64,000 nt of DNA from a bacterium. Its GTDB lineage: Bacteria; Patescibacteriota; Dojkabacteria; JAKAPS01; JAJZLI01. A program made the translations under genes and the position numbers. The stretch's first letter is position 1. Every line of letters starts with the position of its first letter. The stretch is taken from NCBI GenBank assembly GCA_021810605.1, contig JAJZIL010000002.1, forward strand, positions 1,109 through 65,108, given 5' to 3'. Below, in pieces: positions 60,988 to 64,000 of this stretch. The notes below the pieces were generated by a model. That model saw only the letters and a list, made by a program, of their open reading frames with translations. It ran no database searches and was not told the origin of the DNA.

Positions 60988-62777
60988 AAAATTCTTTAGT
61001 GCATGCAAGTATATCTTCTATTGATAATAATTTTTTTACTACAGAAGCTAGTTGTTATCCAAATGATTCAGGTTCATATAGTTGTGGTAGTTCAGGAACT
61101 AGTAGTAGTTCAGGAACTAGTAGTAGTTCAAGTACTAGTTGTACTCAAACTAGTCCAACTAATTCAACATCAAGTCCATATAATTGTGGGAGTGCAGGAA
61201 CTAGTGGTGGAGGAACTACTTGTTATCCAACTGATTCAGGATCAAACCCATATGGTAATTGTGGGAGTTCAATAACACCAAAGACTCAGACTGTGAATGT
61301 GCAAGAAGATTATTGGACACAATCAAAACCTACAGGGTCTGCCACAATTGAAAATACTGACACTCTTAGTGGTGTATTACCTACTACAAATGTTTATCAT
61401 GTAATAACTACCGGTGTAGTAGTATTATTTTCAGGAAGTTATACTTATACTTGTAATGCTCCTGCACAGACTAAATCTTACAATTCTACAACAGAAGTTA
61501 CTACTGTAACTAATTATTCTTGTTCTACTCCAGCTCCTAAGAATTGTACAGACGGAGCTTCAGTTACAGAAACAGCAAATTTATCATCAGATTATCCTGG
61601 AGAGACATTAACATATTCTGATACGTTATGTTCATATACTGCTTCTGTAAATACTATTGTAAATCATGAGTATTATAAATATCAGATAAGTGTAGGTTCA
61701 CCTACATCAACATCTCCTTTTTATGTAGAGGAACATTCTCCTATTCCTAGCTCAGCTAGTACTTATGGTCAGATTGCTTATCAAGTTACCGTATCATGTG
61801 TACCACCATCATCGACCAGTGGGTTATCAAGTTATTACTCTTACTGTACTCCTGGATATCAAGATATAGCTGAATCTATTCCTGTAAAGTGGTTGAGTTT
61901 TTCTTATTCATCTGATATTTCAGAGAATAATTCTATTTGTAATACAGATGTATATTCCCCGAGTGATCCATGCACAGTCTATTTTGCAGTAACACCTTTT
62001 ACTTCCGGAGAAAATTTACCTTCTTCATACTCTTCTTATACAACACCTATTAATGTATATTTTTCTAATTCAGATGTTTTTTCTGGTAGTTTTGGGGCAA
62101 CATCATATTTTGGAAATTATACTGCTATAAATAATCCTTCATCAATAGAGGCTACTACAAATAATGTTAATTTAATTATTTTTTCTTCTTGGATACAAGC
62201 ACAAAATGGAAATACTTATTCTCCTAATGGTTATAATATTAATACACCTCCAAACTCTTCTACTATTGAAGGAAGTGCTTTTTTATTAGGTGGTTTAATA
62301 GAATATAAAACTTCAATATTAAATTTTTTAAATCCATCTCCTCAGCAAAAAACATTTTCTGTTAATAAATTAAATTTAATATCTAGTAGTAGTGGTACTC
62401 CTGTGTATGATTTTAATTTTTTTGCAACCCTATATTGTCAATTTAGTTCAAATTGTGAAAATAGTTCAGGAAATACATATTTGTATAGAAATGGAGTCTT
62501 AAATATTAACGGTATTCAGTCATACTCTCCTTCTACTTGTAATAGTAGTGGTGGTGCCAATTGGTATTATTATTCTTCTTCACAAACCTTTTCAAGTTCT
62601 TCTTTTTGTCCTTCAAATGATATAGTTTTAGTAAATGGAGATGTGGATATAACAAATAATATTACTGGATCTACTAATCTTCTAATCATATCAAATGGTA
62701 GTATTACTGTTTCTGGGAATGTTACCAATATAGATGCATTTTTGATGGCTATGTATCAAATTAAAATATTAAATTGA
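60867..62777 (+). CDS. large Ser/Thr/Cys-rich secreted protein, candidate pilus-associated adhesin
   Basis: Signal peptide shared with the 44743-45147 gene, a low-complexity GTSSSSGTSSSSSTSC tract, and many paired Cys. It sits at the distal end of the minor-pilin block. Confidence 0.55.
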   Translation: MNFYIILYILDIMKFLKNRKILLKVIVFSIFFVFVGIFLYKNSLVHASISSIDNNFFTTEASCYPNDSGSYSCGSSGTSSSSGTSSSSSTSCTQTSPTNSTSSPYNCGSAGTSGGGTTCYPTDSGSNPYGNCGSSITPKTQTVNVQEDYWTQSKPTGSATIENTDTLSGVLPTTNVYHVITTGVVVLFSGSYTYTCNAPAQTKSYNSTTEVTTVTNYSCSTPAPKNCTDGASVTETANLSSDYPGETLTYSDTLCSYTASVNTIVNHEYYKYQISVGSPTSTSPFYVEEHSPIPSSASTYGQIAYQVTVSCVPPSSTSGLSSYYSYCTPGYQDIAESIPVKWLSFSYSSDISENNSICNTDVYSPSDPCTVYFAVTPFTSGENLPSSYSSYTTPINVYFSNSDVFSGSFGATSYFGNYTAINNPSSIEATTNNVNLIIFSSWIQAQNGNTYSPNGYNINTPPNSSTIEGSAFLLGGLIEYKTSILNFLNPSPQQKTFSVNKLNLISSSSGTPVYDFNFFATLYCQFSSNCENSSGNTYLYRNGVLNINGIQSYSPSTCNSSGGANWYYYSSSQTFSSSSFCPSNDIVLVNGDVDITNNITGSTNLLIISNGSITVSGNVTNIDAFLMAMYQIKILN

Positions 62778-62787
62778 GTCTTTTTAT

Positions 62788-63180
62788 ATGAATAATAGTA
62801 ATAAAAAAATATTAGTAATTGAAGATGAAGAACCTTTAGTGGAGCTGTATAAAGAGATACTTGAAGATGCAGGATTTAAAGTAAAATATGCATACAGTGG
62901 TGATGAAGGAGCTGAATTGGCTGCTAAGGAGAAATTTAATCTTATACTTTTAGATCTAATGCTTCCAACTGGATCTATGAATGGAACATATGTTCTCTCT
63001 TTAATTAAAGGTGATAAAGATAAGTATGGTGATCCTTTAGTAGTGGTCTTGACAAATCTTACAAATGAGGCTGTAATAAAAGATGTATTAGAACAAAAAG
63101 CAGATGGTTTTCTAATGAAAACTGAACTTACTCCAGAGCAAATTGTCAAGGAAGTTCAAAATTATTTATATAGTAGATGA
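62788..63180 (+). CDS. single-domain CheY-like response regulator receiver (PilH-like)
   Basis: KILVIEDEE, phospho-acceptor LILLDLMLP, and conserved T and K (VVVLT, FLMKT). There is no output domain. Confidence 0.8.
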   Translation: MNNSNKKILVIEDEEPLVELYKEILEDAGFKVKYAYSGDEGAELAAKEKFNLILLDLMLPTGSMNGTYVLSLIKGDKDKYGDPLVVVLTNLTNEAVIKDVLEQKADGFLMKTELTPEQIVKEVQNYLYSR

Positions 63181-63187
63181 GAAGAGT

Positions 63188-64000
63188 ATGTTTTCAAAAA
63201 ATAAAAACAATCTAAATTTTTTTGCAGTTGATTTTGGGTCAAATACTATAAAAATAGTTAAACTGAAAGATATAGAAAAGAATCCATCGGTGGTTTCTTT
63301 TGGTTCTACTCCTATGCCAAAAGGTGCATATAGTAGTGAAAGTGAACAACATAAGAAAGAGATATCAGTAGCTTTAAAATCATTAGTAAAAGATTTAAGT
63401 TTAAATACAAATAATGTTGCAACATCTCTTCCAGATACTTCAATATTTACAAGAATAGTTAGAATTCCTGCTAAGAAAGAGTCAGATTTAGAAGAGGCAG
63501 TATTTTGGTCATCTAAGAGGAATATTCCTATCTCCTTAGAAGATGTACAGATTGATTGGTCAATTGTAAATGTAACGGAATCTCCTGATGGTATGAATCA
63601 ATATGATATTCTTCTTGTTGCTGCACCAAAACTTTTAATTAATAGATATGTAGATATACTTAAGATGGCAGGGTTAAATCCTGTTTTTATAGAGACAGAA
63701 TCATTATCACTAGTAAGAGCACTCTCTTCTACTAATGAAACATCTCCAAGTATAATATTAGATTTTGGATATAGTTATATTGAGATAGTTGTAGAATTTA
63801 ATGGAAATCTACTATTTAATCAAACTATATCAACAGGTTCATCAGTCATAACTAAAGCGATAGCACAAGAATTTAATCTTGAAGATGTTCAGGCAGAAGA
63901 ATATAAGAAAAATTATGGATTAGACCCTAATCAATTAGAAGGAAAGATCTATAAAACTATCTCTCCTATAATGGAATCAATAGTAAATGAAATAAAAAGA
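63188..64000 (+). CDS. pilM: type IV pilus assembly protein PilM (actin-like ATPase), 3'-truncated at window edge
   Basis: N-terminus FFAVDFGSNTIKIVKL matches the PilM/FtsA-like start (vGlDIGs..iK.v.l). The ORF is open to the end of the window. Confidence 0.75.
   Translation, partial: MFSKNKNNLNFFAVDFGSNTIKIVKLKDIEKNPSVVSFGSTPMPKGAYSSESEQHKKEISVALKSLVKDLSLNTNNVATSLPDTSIFTRIVRIPAKKESDLEEAVFWSSKRNIPISLEDVQIDWSIVNVTESPDGMNQYDILLVAAPKLLINRYVDILKMAGLNPVFIETESLSLVRALSSTNETSPSIILDFGYSYIEIVVEFNGNLLFNQTISTGSSVITKAIAQEFNLEDVQAEEYKKNYGLDPNQLEGKIYKTISPIMESIVNEIKR

Noticed and set aside
61003-61275. 90-aa ORF made of repetitive QELVVV units
   Set aside because: It is an alternative-frame translation of the (GTSSSS)n low-complexity tract inside the 636-aa secreted-protein gene, so it is an artefact of the repeat.
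62784-63149. 121-aa ORF on the minus strand fully antisense to the response-regulator gene
   Set aside because: The plus-strand frame has the complete CheY-like receiver signature (acid pocket, DLMLP Asp, conserved T and K). The minus ORF is low-complexity and Ser-rich with no motif, so it is a shadow ORF.
1-64000. CRISPR arrays, rRNA genes, IS elements
   Set aside because: No regularly spaced direct repeats with unique spacers, no 16S/23S/5S-like conserved blocks, and no transposase-like ORFs with terminal inverted repeats were seen anywhere in the window.

Overview
This is an AT-rich (~27% GC), gene-dense window in the standard genetic code (TGA is used as a stop). Its compact housekeeping content looks like a streamlined Patescibacteria/CPR-like bacterium. 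The housekeeping genes are: topA (5' partial), rpsB-tsf-frr, rseP, HIT, rpsU, yqeY, ybeY, pth, a compact mfd, trpS, hisS, dnaX-ybaB-recR, cysS, cca, ychF, a tmRNA on the minus strand, a fused rpoB-rpoC-rpsL-rpsG-fusA block, tRNA-Leu(CAA), efp, an M16 peptidase, dksA/traR-like, rluD-like, RNHCP, LCP, yebC, ruvCAB, and gyrB-gyrA-holB-like on the minus strand. The accessory content is: a GC-rich (~40%) NMO-family flavoenzyme gene that looks horizontally acquired; an orphan pilN/pilO-like trio; a 1.1-kb non-coding region followed by a CDGSH Fe-S protein plus an FNR-like reductase and a Xer-like tyrosine recombinase; and a large type IV pilus locus. The pilus locus reads pilB-pilT-pilC-pilA1-pilD-pilA2-(pilD remnant)-three minor pilins-large Ser/Thr/Cys-rich secreted protein-CheY-like receiver-pilM. 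It contains a mosaic tandem pilin duplication with a decayed second pilD. A 132-bp, 99%-identical inverted repeat carrying the promoter and signal peptide of two secreted-protein genes brackets about 15.7 kb (O-antigen-ligase/TPR protein, gyrBA, holB and most of the pilus operon) and sits directly beside the recombinase. No CRISPR array or rRNA was found.
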